Positions 51,401 through 64,000 of a DNA stretch of 64,000 nt are shown here, in pieces. This DNA comes from Tubiluchus corallicola (lineage: Eukaryota; Animalia; Priapulida): assembly GCA_030141605.1 (NCBI GenBank), contig JAQGDQ010000752.1, positions 1-64,000 on the forward strand. Direction: 5' to 3'. Position 1 is the first letter of the stretch; every line of letters starts with the position of its first letter. The notes under the pieces were generated by a model, which was not told the origin of the DNA, searched no databases, and was given only the letters and a program-made list of their open reading frames with translations. The translations under genes were made by a program, and so were the position numbers.

Positions 51401-54400
51401 CATGATTAATTGGTGACCAAAGTCAAGCGAATTGGTGATCAAGTGAAGCAGTAAAATTTCAAACATAATTAAATACTGCATTCTTCCTTCATTGGCTGGC
51501 AAGCATAACGGTATTAAACTTAATTTTTCAACAAATTGATATTGTTTTACACTAAAAGGATGTGGTTAATAGAGCACCAGTGTCGCAAGACGAATTGTAT
51601 AGGAGTGCACTGTCACGGAACTGTTATGACAGGCAGATATAGAAGTGACAAACACAAAATAGCCTAAAATGTCATTTGTACAAAAAGTGAAAATTATTTA
51701 TATGTCATTCGTACAAAAAAGTGAATTTATAGTCTCAAAATATTTGTAAAGTTTCAGTAATATGCTTGAATTAACCGAATGAAAATTCGAAAAAAATTTT
51801 TTGCTTGAAAACGGCAAATTAGTTTTATCGTTATTTTTGCACCACTTTATTTTATTTGGGGTAGTACTAACAAATCATAAAAAACATCAGCACTAACCTT
51901 TTCGTTTCTCTCGCAGTCTGTTGTTGTTTGTTACACTCAGCAAAAGAATTCCCTTTGTGAAATAAACGCTGGTGTTTTAAAAACGCCGTACTTGTTGGAA
52001 AACCGCGACATTGCTTTTGTTCCATTAATAAATGCTCGTCAGATTTTCCGACATAAATTTGAGCCACGTTGTAGTTTATAACAGTGGCAGTGGATATGCC
52101 ATGGATATGCGCTGAAGATAAACTCAAAAAGCGTTCGTGACATGCACTGGTAAAAACAGCGATGTTATATCACTTCACGCAAACAATCTCACAAAATCTT
52201 TTCATGATTGCATTTGGTTTCTACTGATGTTGCGATTATACGTGGTGCTCAAACATCATCTCAAGAAATGCTTAACGAAGTCATTCACCTTTTATCATTT
52301 TAATCAAACCACTATTGTTCAGTCACATAATCATGATGTCATATATCGTAACATGTGCCTTGTTTGCCTAATGATCAATACGGTAATGCCGCAAGTTCCA
52401 AAATCATAGAATTATTACAACACTAAATTCCAGCACACTACCCTTCTTGTCCGATATACCTCATGTAAATCCGTACGTCGACTGTACTGTACTATCATTG
52501 TTTCTACAGCATGTACACTATTGTACAGTATAATGAGGTAGTTTGCATTACGAGAGGGTGAGTCGCTACTTACTGAGCCCGTTTTGTTGTATAATTTGTA
52601 AGGTTTTGTTGTAAGGTAATTTGTTGTATAGGTTTACTACGGTTTTCACATCAGTTACGGAGTTTACCAGTAATTCTCAAGTGTATTCTAAAATTGATTA
52701 TTATCACTTAACAAATAACAACTGCTTTGTGCTAGAAGTATCCAACCCGCCTTACATAATGTGGCATCAAAAGCTGTCCGTATTATATCACTCGCTTGAT
52801 GTCAAGCGTTCATAATTCACAGACTTTGATGGACTTCGAGTGTTCTGCACAGCATTGTATAAGTGAGCTAGTGGAATTTGATTTGCTTAAGATTAAGAAG
52901 TCGCGTTCATATATTTTTTATTTAAAACAAGATGTGGTTCCGGTGAACATTTTTGCCAACACACTTCGTAAACCGTGCCAAAAAGTAGCTAGTATGGTTC
53001 AGCAACAAATTTATTTCAGCATTTGAGGTACAGATATTCAGAGGTAATAAAATCTGCGATGCCTAACTGGAAGTCAGCAGAGTAGCCAGCAGGATATACA
53101 TCTAGTGTTTCGACTGTATAAGTTATAACTCCATTAAAGCCAATAAAGGTAACACTAACACTAACAGCAAAGAAGCCATAAAATACATAACAACGGTTTT
53201 TTAGCAAGAAGACCTAAATTGCTGCGCATGGATGAATGATGAAGGGCAACTGAAAGTTGTATACACAGTTGTAAGGAAATACTTTAACAACAATATCATT
53301 CATTTCGCGCAAGGAAAACATGGCGGGAGCTTTAAATGTAATGCCACTAACACGAAGTGGTAAAAAAAAGAGACAAGGTTTGATTCCTCCCGCTGGGCCC
53401 GATTCAAAAAATAAACTATCACTGGCACGACACTAGATCGAGACCTTTCGTTTGATGTATAGATCGCCGCAAATGGTGCCGTCGTCGGAGTTGTAGCCTC
53501 GAATCTTATACCAGCAGAATGATGCGATATAATATTGTAGCCCATTTCCGATTTTTTCAAGCACAGGTGTTCTAGGTTGATAGCATAGAACACGTTTTAG
53601 TAAGAAAACTGTTTATAATCAATAAACATTTGAATTTGAAAGTTTAATAAGAAAGGATGTAAATAAAGATAGATCTATAACGAAGTGATGTGACTGCGTT
53701 ATTATAGTGACCGTCATAGTGCACGAAAACAACAGCTAATTCATTAGATTCTTCACTACATTTATCATCTACGCAAGGCTATAATATTCTTCAAAATCTC
53801 ATTCCACTTGTTGTAGGCATTGAGGTATCAGGTATTCCACCCACTTCTATCTGCAGCTAACAGCATAAGTTCTTCTACTCCTAAAGATAGATTTGGTTGA
53901 AGTTGTTGAATATCTCTATTTGTCTAAGCTATCCAAGTTGTTTTACGTTTTTCAGGTGGTTTTTTGCAAGGTTTTAAGGCGATTCTTACAGCTGCTTCAT
54001 TTGGTAATTTTAAAAGATGTCCTAGCCATCTTAATCTTCGGATCTTGACTTTTGAATGCCAATAAATTTCTTTTGTTTTGGTGTATAAATCTTCATTTTT
54101 GATTATGTATGGCCATCATATCTTTAAAACTTCCCTAAGAAGACTTCTATGAAATGTGTCTGTGGACCCTGGATTCGAACGATTGCATCTGCAGTGTCAT
54201 CAAACCTGGTTTTGCTTGGCAAAACACTAAGTGTGAATGTTAGATGATTTATACCAACTTTTGGGAAACGCGATGGTCTGCAATGACCCTCTTTTCCTCA
54301 GGGAGGGAGAGAAAATCCAGGAATCCGCAGAATTAGTCTGACCTTTACCTGAGTTTTACCTTCTCCCCAAAGGACAGATAGAGCGGGATGTAGGATAATG

Positions 54401-57400
54401 AAAAATAGCGATAAAATTCGAGTCTCGTTCAATGCCAGTAATCAGGGTGAACTGACAGCTATTAACAACACCCACCCTTAAAGTAATGTACTAATAATGT
54501 AGTGCTTTTGAGGTTACCATTTTGTATCGTTGCCCAAGCCTTCAAGCCAGAAAAGAAATGACACACAGATTCCCAGCTCAACGTTTGTTGGCAGGAGAAT
54601 AATAATCTCTCTTATATAGTTTGTAACTTGTAATATGATCTTCATGTAGTTTGTAATAACTGCGGGCTTATGTTATAACGGGTCAGAGTGGTCAGAGAAT
54701 AACATCTGTAAAGTCCAGTGGAGGGTACACAATTACATATTGATTTGTTTTATTGCCAGTGGATTATCTGTAAGAAATTATACATACCCAGATTGTCGGA
54801 CTGACATGGACGAGGTATATGCGCTAAGATTGCTTTGATTTTACTTACAGCACGACCATGGGCCCCGAAGTGCTGTGCAGTTTCAAGTATCTGGCAATCA
54901 ATTACCACCAATCAGGAGACCAGTACCCAGAGCAACGTAAGTGTTATTGCCATTACTGCTGTTGTTGTTCGTGTTGTTATGATACTTCTCATGCTACTCT
55001 AGTGCGTTTTGTTTTTGTTGCAAATTTAACACAACACATGAAGTGGAAAATGAAGAATTACGGGTAGTCAATCCGATTTTGGGTAAGTCGGGTTCTAATC
55101 GAAGTTATGTTACTATTAATATTCAAGCTGTATTATAGACCCCATGTGTTTCAGAAATGCAAAAAATACAATAATAATAAATTTTGTTTTTCTGTTACTA
55201 AATTTGACAGGGAGAATGATAGAAAAAAGAGGGCGACCCGAAATAAATTGTTACAAAAAATTTCTTAGTTCGATTGAGTTGTAACTTACGCGCTTTTAAG
55301 TACCTAATATCAAAAATTATACAAAATCTATTATACAAGCTAAGCCATTTGTCCCAAATACATGAAAATCACAATAGCTGCTAAATACGGAAGAGACTCT
55401 GGGGAAGAAGGCAGAAACTGCTGTGGTCCAAATAGTCGAGGGCAGCTTTTAGATCCACATGGGCTTCCACGAACTGGGTCGAAAGTACACAAAGTAGTGG
55501 AGTATTAAACGTTAAAGCCAGCTTGTTAGGGGACAGCACCTGGAGAAGAAGAGAGATTTTCTAATGACGCGAGTAAAAGTTTTGGGCACCATAGACAGGA
55601 GGTTGATGGTGCAACAACTGCAATTGTGTGTGCAAGTTACCTTTGCTTTGTGAAAGAAGGTGCTGTGGTTGCCTTTCAAGTCAGAAGCCACAGTGTCAAA
55701 ATATTGACAGCAGGTTCGAGACAGTTGCAGAAGACGTCTTGAACATGTTTACAGTAATTGGCAACTTGAAAACTACATCTTCCAGTGCGTGCAGATATGT
55801 ATCAGGATTTCCGAAAAACATGATTGAAACACTGAAAAATGAATTATTGCACGTATTACTAACTAATTTACGCTACTTTTTGAAACGAAGCATGCACTAG
55901 ATGTTAAGGAACATCTATTATGTATCAAAATCTTTACCTTCGCTATTCCGTGTTCGGAATGAGTTGAAAACTGATGATAGTGTTTTGAATCGTGTTCTGT
56001 CGCTGGAATCGAAATGGCCGATTTCCTACTTGGTCGGTGATGGAATATCCCCTGTATTATGACGTCATCAAGTAGTTCCCGCCGATGGCTTTGCTAAAAA
56101 TAGCATTGTGACAATTTACCCCTGTGACTTTTAGCCCCACCCTCCCCTATTTATATTTTGTATTTTTATTTATCTTGTTTTTAGTTTAAGCCAGGCATCC
56201 AGATCTATAAAGTTTTGCTATGTTAAATTTACTCTTGGTATAGAAAGTGTGAATTGAAGTCGAGTGAAACTTCGTTATAGTGTTTACTGTTTAGAAAAAG
56301 ATGCCTTTGTTTTGTGGTTTTTGCCAGCCTATTGGAAAAGAAAAATACAGTGGACTCTCTTTATAAGAATCACCTCGGGAGAAGGCAAAGTGATTCTTAT
56401 AACGAGCGATTCATATAACGAGCATGACCCAGAATTGCTTTAAAAAAATTTTATGCACATAAAAATTATTTATTTCCCGAAATTACGCTAGAAACGACTT
56501 GAAACAGCATAATGTTTTTCTGGCCTAAAAAGGACCTAAAAATTCCTAGACTAATGTTTTTATTTCATTGTTGGGTAAATATTTCATGATGCCAGAATTG
56601 CTTTAAAAATTTTCGCCACGCCCACTGCGCAGAACCATGTAAGCAGGGCGTGAGAGACAATGGAGTTGGCGCCAAAATTGATTCTACTATCGAAAGAAGG
56701 GTGATTCTTATACGAGCGGATTTTCAGGATTTTCTAGGAAAATACCGAATCAATTCGGGAAACGCGATTTTGATTCTTATATCGAGCTGATTCTTATACG
56801 TGTGATTCTTCTAACGAGAGTCCACTGTACCTGTGTGTTAGAGGCCTAGTAATCTTTGTCATAAGATACAGTGACAAGAAGCTGAGCAACTGTTTAAGTT
56901 TTTTTTACCAGAGCCAACAGCCATAACAATTATGCAGTTTCGATTCACGGATTGGTTGGTTCGCTGGGGGCTGTCTGTCTGGCTGACTGACTGCCTGACT
57001 GATTGAACAAACGAATGAATGACTATCTGACTGACAAATTGGTTGTTTTCCTGTGTGATTTGACACAAGCTCAGGAGTGTAAATGTTGCTGCTTTCCTAA
57101 TTTCCCAAGCACCTCTAACCAATTTCCAGTGTTGGAAGAGCGAAGGAAGTTTGAAATTTTCAGAGAAAACAGACTTGTGCAAGTGCGACTATGTACTTTA
57201 ATGATTTTGTTGCTATACAAGCGAAGCTATTTAATATTATTACGTCAGTGATAATTAGTAAGTGTTTTATTTGTATTGACAGTCCGATAGAAACACCACC
57301 CGATCGGGTAGAGCGACCAAAACTCGAACAACATCGGAGACGGAGCTCAGTGACCCCTCCCTGGGAGAACACCCTAAGGAGAGGCACCCTGCCGCCGCTG

Positions 57401-57578
57401 CATCTACGCGGCAGGCGGGCCTGGTATGTATGCAAAATTTCTTCTTTTCTCGGAATATTATTTTTTGTGTTAATTTTTATAAAAAATTGTCGCTTAGTTT
57501 TAAAAAACAGTAAACTAGTTGATTATTGCTTTGGACAGCACCACAGAGACCGAAGATTTTGCTATCTTCCTCTGCTGA
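48498..57578 (+). CDS. Uncharacterised Pro/Arg-rich protein. Exons 48498-48530, 49694-49822, 54851-54936, 57283-57423, 57539-57578 (3' end uncertain)
   Basis: GC-richer islands with strong splice sites join in phase into an open frame with recurring LPP[LI] motifs. Confidence 0.6.
50516..53510 (-). mobile_element. Non-autonomous Helitron-like element split into 53510-53384 and ~51090-50516 around ~2.3 kb of extra sequence
   Basis: Both pieces match contiguous parts of 61274-62007; 3' hairpin followed by CTAG|T. Confidence 0.65.
53830..54160 (-). mobile_element. RTE-clade LINE ORF2 fragment
   Basis: FHRSLLREVLKI*WPYIIKNEDLY...KIRRLRWLGHL. Confidence 0.75.
56348..56827. mobile_element. Tc1/mariner-pogo-type MITE, second copy
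   Basis: Same TIRs and TA flanks as 40702-41147. Confidence 0.88.
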
Positions 57579-59121
57579 GATGTTGCTAACTCAAGTCGAA
57601 GGTAAGAAGACTGGTACTCTTTGCGCACCCAAGACTGGATTCACATAGACATAGAACATTTATTTTCTCCAATTAGTTTAACATCAAAAGTTTTTTAAAT
57701 ATTAAGTAATTATAATCATGGAGCAGGGCAGGGAAGGTCCGTAGAGTCCTCCTGCCCTTTCTTATAAATATATTAGTCAAAAATTAATGGTGATGCTGCA
57801 GATAACAAAAAACAAAAACAAATAAGAAAAAATACAAATAAAAACAGTATAAATGATACAAATTATCCAAAAAGAACTGAAAACAAAAAATAATAAAGTT
57901 AGATACCTAAATCTAAACAAAACAATACAATTATTCAGTAATTAGGGTTATCATATGTTGTAGTTTCAAATGGGGTCTTATTAACAGGGGAATTTGACTA
58001 AGGTTAGCGAGTAAAGTTAAAAAACTGAGAGTATGAAAAGAAAAAATAAATATTAAAAAAGTGCAATATTGAAAAATTTATGAGAAAAGGTAAGTATGAG
58101 AAAGAGCAACAATTACTTAGGAGATGAGGACTGCCTACATAGTTTTATTACTCTCACTTTTATGCTTTTAAGCTCACTGAAGATATAAGAAACTGTAAGA
58201 TGTCAACGGAGCTTGACAAAGTCGACAAAATGTGGTTACCTAATACTTGCGTAACCATTGTGTAAGTTACACGACTCCCAGTCGATAATACAGATGCCGT
58301 CTAGTGTTAACCAAAATGGTAGCATAGCAATAAGTCGACTTGAACGATAGAGGGATTGATTGAAAGTTGGCAGGAGACTAGTTGACTTTAGCCTATGATT
58401 TAACTGCTTCATTACAACGGTTTTATCTCATTTAGATTTTTTTACTGACTTTTGCCTTACTTTTTGCTTTATCTACTAAAACACTAAAACCTGAGCGAGT
58501 TGTTCAAAACATGGCTCTCAGTATTATCAAAATATGACCATATTATTCCGAATGTCAAGAGTGCTGCTTTGGTTAACAATTAGATATTACGTTCAGTTTA
58601 AAGTATGTGACCTTACTTTTAAATCACTAAAAGGGAAGCACAATCGTATTTGACAAAGATGTTCGAGTTTGCTACTTCAACATATACTTTAGGATTTCCT
58701 TGACAATCTACATATTAAGATATTAAAAACTAAGCAGGCAACGTTTGGGATAGAGTTTCAGTATTTGTGGAACACATTTATGGTACCAGTTGCCCATGAA
58801 TTCTAAACTGGCTACGAAACTACAAAAGCATACTCAACAACTCAGCTGTTTCACTAAGTACCTATTTGTATAGTTTAGCAGCTTATAATTTTATGCTCGG
58901 CTAAAAGTCTTTTTACTAGTGTCCTCCTTAGGATAATGAAAGAATGACACTGACATTTCGTTGGACTCAACCAGCATCATCAAGTGGATTGCACGTCTTC
59001 GCTTTGTTTAACTCTGCTGCACTACAATGGGTGGTGCAGAAATTTTTCTAGGGTGTTACAAAAACAACGGGTGCCATTGGAATTACCTGAAGCAATAGAA
59101 ATCACCTAACAGACAGAGAAG

Positions 59122-60026
59122 AGAAAAAATGTGACAGAAGAGACACAAAAATGTGACAGAGGGACACAAAAATGTGACAGAGGGACATAAAAATGTGGCA
59201 GAAGAGACACAAAAATGTGACAGAGGAGACACAAAAATGTGACAGAGGGACACAAAAATGTGGCAGAAGAGACACAATAATGTGACAGAGGAGACGCAAA
59301 AATGTGGCAGAAGAGACACAAAAATGTGACAGAGGAGACACAAAAATGTGACAGAGGAGACACAAAAATGTGGCAGAAGAGACACAAAAATGTGACAGAG
59401 CAGACACAAAAATGTGACAGAGGGACATAAAAATGTGACAGAGGAGACACAAAAATGTGGCAGAGGGACACAAAAATGTGACAGAGGGACACAAAAATGT
59501 GGCAGAAGAGACACAAAAATGTGGCAGAAGAAACACAAAAATGTGACAGAGGGACAAAAATGTGGCAGAGGAGACACAAAAATGTGACAGAAGAGACACA
59601 AAAATGAACAGAGGTGACACAAAAATGTGACAGAGGGACAAAAATGTGGCAGAGGAGACACAAAAATGTGACAGAGGGACAAAAATGTGGCAGAGGAGAC
59701 ACAAAAATGTGACAGAAGAGACACAAAAATGAACAGAGGTGACACAAAAATGTGACAGAGGAGACACAAAAATGTGACAGAGGGACACAAAAATGTGACA
59801 GAGGAGACACAAAAATGTGGCAGAGGAGAAACAAAAATGTGGCAGAAGAGACACAAAAATGTGGCAGAAGAGACACAAAAATGTGACAGAGGGACACAAA
59901 AAGGTGGCAGAGGAGACACAAAAATGTGGCAGAAGAGACACAAAAATGTGACAGAGGGACACACAAATGTGGCAGAGGAGACACAAAAATATGGCAGAAG
60001 AGACACAAAAATGTGACAGAGGTGAC
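59122..60026. repeat. 19-22-bp tandem minisatellite (ACACAAAAATGTG[A/G]CAGA[G/A]GAG), ~42 copies
   Basis: Direct; accounts for the Cys/His/Phe-rich ORFs in all three minus frames. Confidence 0.95.
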
Positions 60027-60314
60027 GCAAATTTATTAGTAAACAGACAAACTTATGAGAAACGTATGTAGGCTTGCACAAATAATTTGAGAGCATGATT
60101 GATTCTCTGTTGGTTGAGAAGACTTCTATGTAACAATTGCTCTGTCCTGTTTCAACACTCCCTCCGGCAGAAAATTGTGTAATGCCGTGCAGGCATTGTA
60201 TTTGATCAACATTTTATCGTGTTTTGCTCTAGATGTACTTTTACTCTGTGAAGCACAGCAGAAAGTGTCAAATAGTTTTATATTTTATTTTACTATTCAG
60301 ATTTTCCATTTTAG

Positions 60315-60908
60315 GCATTGAGTTGATGCCGGGCCGGCGGGCCCCATCCACCATCGCCCGCCCACTGCCCTTCTTCTCGCAGGGCAATCCACATGCGGCT
60401 CCGTCATTGGTTAATGGTATATGACAATGTGGACGAACGGGTCTGCGGAGTTATTTCACTTTCAACATCGTAGTTACCTGGTTCTAAAATTTGACCTGTC
60501 AGAGACCGGTAACATCCCTACAAGTCGGAACCAAAGCTTTGATTTGGGAAGCTCCGAGGGAGAAAGTACTCCGAAAGGACCACATACGTCAGACGAATAC
60601 CATACTCCAGAAATGGCAACCACACCTGAAATACCAACACCTATTGACGAGAGAGCCATGACGCTGTAAAGGTGATATGGGTGATGTAATGCACATTTTT
60701 ACGCACAAGCGGCTACTCAAATTCCTTTACATATACATTATATATTCCTTTCTATGACATCCCACAGTCGGAATTCAAAACCAAATCTATCCAACAGCTA
60801 AACGTGGGAACGTTATCCAACATCACTACTGTAAAGCCAGATAGAGACCCGCCATCCAAGCTTTGTGACCAGAAGGATCCCCGCATTGCCTGTTATCAAC
60901 AGTGAAGG
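60315..60908 (+). other. Probable further exon-like segments of the + strand orphan gene (~60315-60670, ~60768-60908); frame unresolved
   Basis: GC-richer blocks with ttttag / cccacag acceptors and a gtaaat donor, but stops in the joining frames. Confidence 0.35.
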
Positions 60909-61273
60909 TAAATTATACATTCAAACCTTTTTATAATGCTTCCATTTATAATGCCAAACTCGCTTAATGGCAATTTTTTGCAGTCTCAAAGTATACTGTG
61001 TAAAGAAGTTTGGCTATGTATCTACTTGTGTAGGTGTGAATCTGTGCATCTGTGAACTTTAGAACCAGTGCTTCAGACAGTTTGAAGGCCTTCATGTACA
61101 CATTATTCCAAGGTTTTTTAACAGGTCTGTGAAACAATAACAAGTGTAAATTCTTTAGGTGATATTATAACTACAAGATCTGATTGGGTGTCAGTTCCAG
61201 TATTGACAAGTACCATCCTTGCCACTAGGAAAAAATGAACTAAAACAACACTTGTCAGTAAAGTATGAACAAG

Positions 61274-62007
61274 TATATATATATAAAATTCGAGGCTACA
61301 GCTTTGATGACGGCACCATTAGCGGCGATCTATATATCAAACGAAAGGTCTCGATCTAGTGTCGTGCCATTGATGGTTTATTTTTCGAATTGGGCCCACC
61401 GGGAGGAACGGGAGGCGAAAAACCTCCAAAAATGGCCCTTTTTCGGCCGTTTTTTGCAAAAGTTATACGGCTGAGATGTAGAGAACGGGAATGGGCCGAG
61501 GAGGGTGCTGGGTTCAGCGGTGGGGGTAGTAGGCATATTTAGAAAGCGCGAGAGGGCCAGGGGGCCCCGCAACGGGCGTTTTCCCGGACCCAACTCGCGA
61601 TTTTTTCGAAATTTTGACCAAATAGCCTGCGGGAAAAACGTTCTAGCGGCGCCTGGTGGGACTCTCGGAAGGAGATATACGGCTCATCAGAAAGAGGAAG
61701 AACGGGGCTACACGATGATGTGGGCTATATGTTAGGACAGGTCCACCGAGAGGAGTACTGACGAGTTAATTAGATATTCTATTTTCGACAATTTTCGCTT
61801 AGAAAACTGCTGACGCAAAGGCATTGTTCTGACGTCATCCATGTACTCTGTCTATAATCTTATAGCTTTGATTCAGCAAAAAGCTGCTACAAACAGTAGG
61901 CAGGATGTTACGGGCTTTGTGTTATCAATGAGGACTAGGTAGGACGTTCGCGTATTATTGATTACACGTGTATTTATACGCAAAATCTTTTGCGGGGCCT
62001 TTGCTAG
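61274..62007 (+). mobile_element. Non-autonomous Helitron-like element
   Basis: 5' TATATATATAAAA; 3' hairpin GCAAAATCTTTTGC then CTAG|T; no TIR or TSD; homologs at 50516 and 53384. Confidence 0.7.
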
Positions 62008-62449
62008 TTGTATCATTAAAAGCACTGTACATAATCAAATACTATTGTACATCATAATACCACAATACCACATGATGACAATCATCATTATTAAAATCAC
62101 TGTTATCATATTATATATTTATATTAGTTTTATATTAGTACTATCATTCATCATCGCCTTGTGCATTATTCTTCTTCATCTTCATCCTCTTTTGTCAGAA
62201 GTGGAAGAGCTTCAGTCCGTACACCAACTTGGGTGAGAAAAACGAGTTCTTCCGCTGGAGGTATGGACATTGGCATCTGTGTTACAGCGTTACAAGTGGT
62301 CCTTGACCACCCCCCTCCCAGACTGTAATGTCATCAGTGGACTGCGAGGACGAACAGGGGCTATCTCGGCCATTAAGCAGGTATTGCTGTGGACAGCATA
62401 CTGCCTTCCAAGTGATCAACAGGAATGTCTACATCAGTGTCTGATTCAG

Positions 62450-63660
62450 ATACATAGCCTTCATAAGCAGTTTTTCATGGTGGCATCTCATCTAGCAATT
62501 TTTGCTGGTGCTCACGGGACAACTTCCAGTGGTCAATATTTGCTAGACAGATATCTCCTGATGTACCACTTTTGTCTGTCATGTTTTTAACTCAATGATT
62601 TGATAACGGTGCAGACTGACCCGCTCAATAACGACGTGGAATGATTCCCAAAATGCAGATATTTTGCCTTTTGGTTGGTTACACCAGAAAACTGTTTGTC
62701 CAGGGCGAAATTCTTTTTCAACAGACCTTTTGTTTATAATTTCACGTTGCTTGTACCACGGTTCTGGTGTTCGCTTGTGTGTCTGCTGCTTTACGTAATC
62801 TTGATACTCCTGCGTATATCATCTGCATAATGTTTACGTCTTGGCATAGTAATCAAATCATGCGGTAAATTTGCTGCTTTACCAAACATCAAATAATGGC
62901 TGCTATAAAGTTTAGAAGCAGACGGAGTGGTTCGTAATGAAAATAACACTTGGGGCAACATTTCATCCAAATTTTGTAGATTTTTTGCAACAACACAACT
63001 CAAGTGTGAGATATTTGTGCGATTTAAATTCTCTGCAGCTCCTTGACTTTCAGGTCTGTTAGGCGCGCTTATTATATAGTAGAACCTAGGGATTTATTCA
63101 AGTAGAACATTAATTGGTTCCTGAACTCTGATCCACGGTCACTAGCTATAGTTTTAGTGACGCCAAAATTACGAGTTTACCTGTTTGAAAAATACATCTG
63201 CTACTTCAGCGGCCAATTTAGTATTAAGAGGATATGCTAAACTTTAGCAGCTAAAGGATATCCAGTGATATCATCTACTATTACAAGTACTGAAAGCCTG
63301 AATCCGTTTTTGTCAACTTGAGTATGTCCATTGTAATTCTTTCACTAGTTGGTGGAAATTCTCCTACCAAACTTGATTTTGATCGCATTTTACGACTTCG
63401 ACAGGGTAAACAGGCATTGCGATATTCGTTAACTTGTGTGTACATTCCAGTCCAATAATGTTTAGTTTTTAAGCGCTCATACATGCGACGAGTACTGTTA
63501 TGGCTGTGAAATGTTTCATGATATGCGTGAGTAAGAGCTTCAGTTAGTACTGTGGGAACAACAATGCATTCTGTAAGTCTTTCTTGATTAAAAGAATCCC
63601 GCTTAATTTTACAAGAAAGGCCGTCTTCATCAATTAAATGCTGATCAAGTAATCAAGTAG
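62450..63660 (-). pseudogene. Degenerate Gypsy/Ginger-type DDE integrase (LTR-retrotransposon pol relic)
   Basis: HHCC zinc finger (HETFHSH...HYWTGM...CLPC), then MDIL, SDRGSEF, PESQGAAENLNRT, QVLFSLRTTP; stops and frameshifts. Confidence 0.85.
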
Positions 63661-63820
63661 ACTGGGCAGAGGCTAACACTTGAAAAAATATGAAATCCAA
63701 TTATAGGTTCTATGACACTATTTTCTAATGTTATTTTCTTTTATAAAATAGGCGGAATTACATATTTGCTAATTTTTAAAACAGTTTTGATGCTTTGATG
63801 TTTTTGCGTGATGTGGTAAC

Positions 63821-64000
63821 TTAAAGGACCAGAAACGGGTACCTGAAGTAGGTTTCAGAAAAATCTCCTGCAATACTGTTCCGACCGCGCCATTACATAA
63901 CGTTACCTATGCGCAACGTAAATCAGGGGAAGAAAATGCAATGTCAAATTACGTCCCAAAAAACTTTCCATGCAAAGTTATGTAGCTTAGCTTTTCACTT
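63821..64000 (-). mobile_element. Kolobok-like MITE, family A, inverted, running off the window end
   Basis: TTAAAGGACCAG...CCTGAAGTAGGTTTCAGAAAAATC. Confidence 0.75.

Noticed and set aside
55628-55900. Possible P-element-like transposase relic (ACRYVSGF)
   Set aside because: Single weak motif; insufficient evidence
59083-60096. ~300-aa Cys/His-rich ORFs
   Set aside because: Open in all three minus frames because of the minisatellite; not zinc fingers

Overview
AT-rich, intron-containing animal (probably invertebrate) genomic DNA with three genes assembled by hand from GT-AG splice sites and reading-frame phase. (1) A non-I-domain integrin alpha on + (exons 7039-7163, 7543-7694, 8033-8251, 9514-12087; signal-peptide exon not found, probably upstream). 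It is alpha4/alpha9-like, and about 85% of the visible CDS sits in one 2.57-kb exon. (2) A convergent BAR-RhoGAP gene of the ARHGAP17/ARHGAP44/SH3BP1 family on - (43092 down to 15872). It has two alternative exons after the GAP domain that begin with homologous peptides (DVEFR / EIEFR). (3) A divergent, unrecognised Pro/Arg-rich spliced gene on + from 48498, behind an RFX X-box/CCAAT/CRE promoter; its 3' end is unresolved. The rest is rich in non-autonomous transposons: TTAA-bounded Kolobok-like, hAT, Tc1/pogo-type, piggyBac-like and Helitron-like elements, a tRNA-derived SINE, LINE fragments and a Gypsy-type integrase relic. There are also many mini- and microsatellites. No prokaryotic features or CRISPR arrays are present. 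All family assignments come from motif recognition, not database searches.
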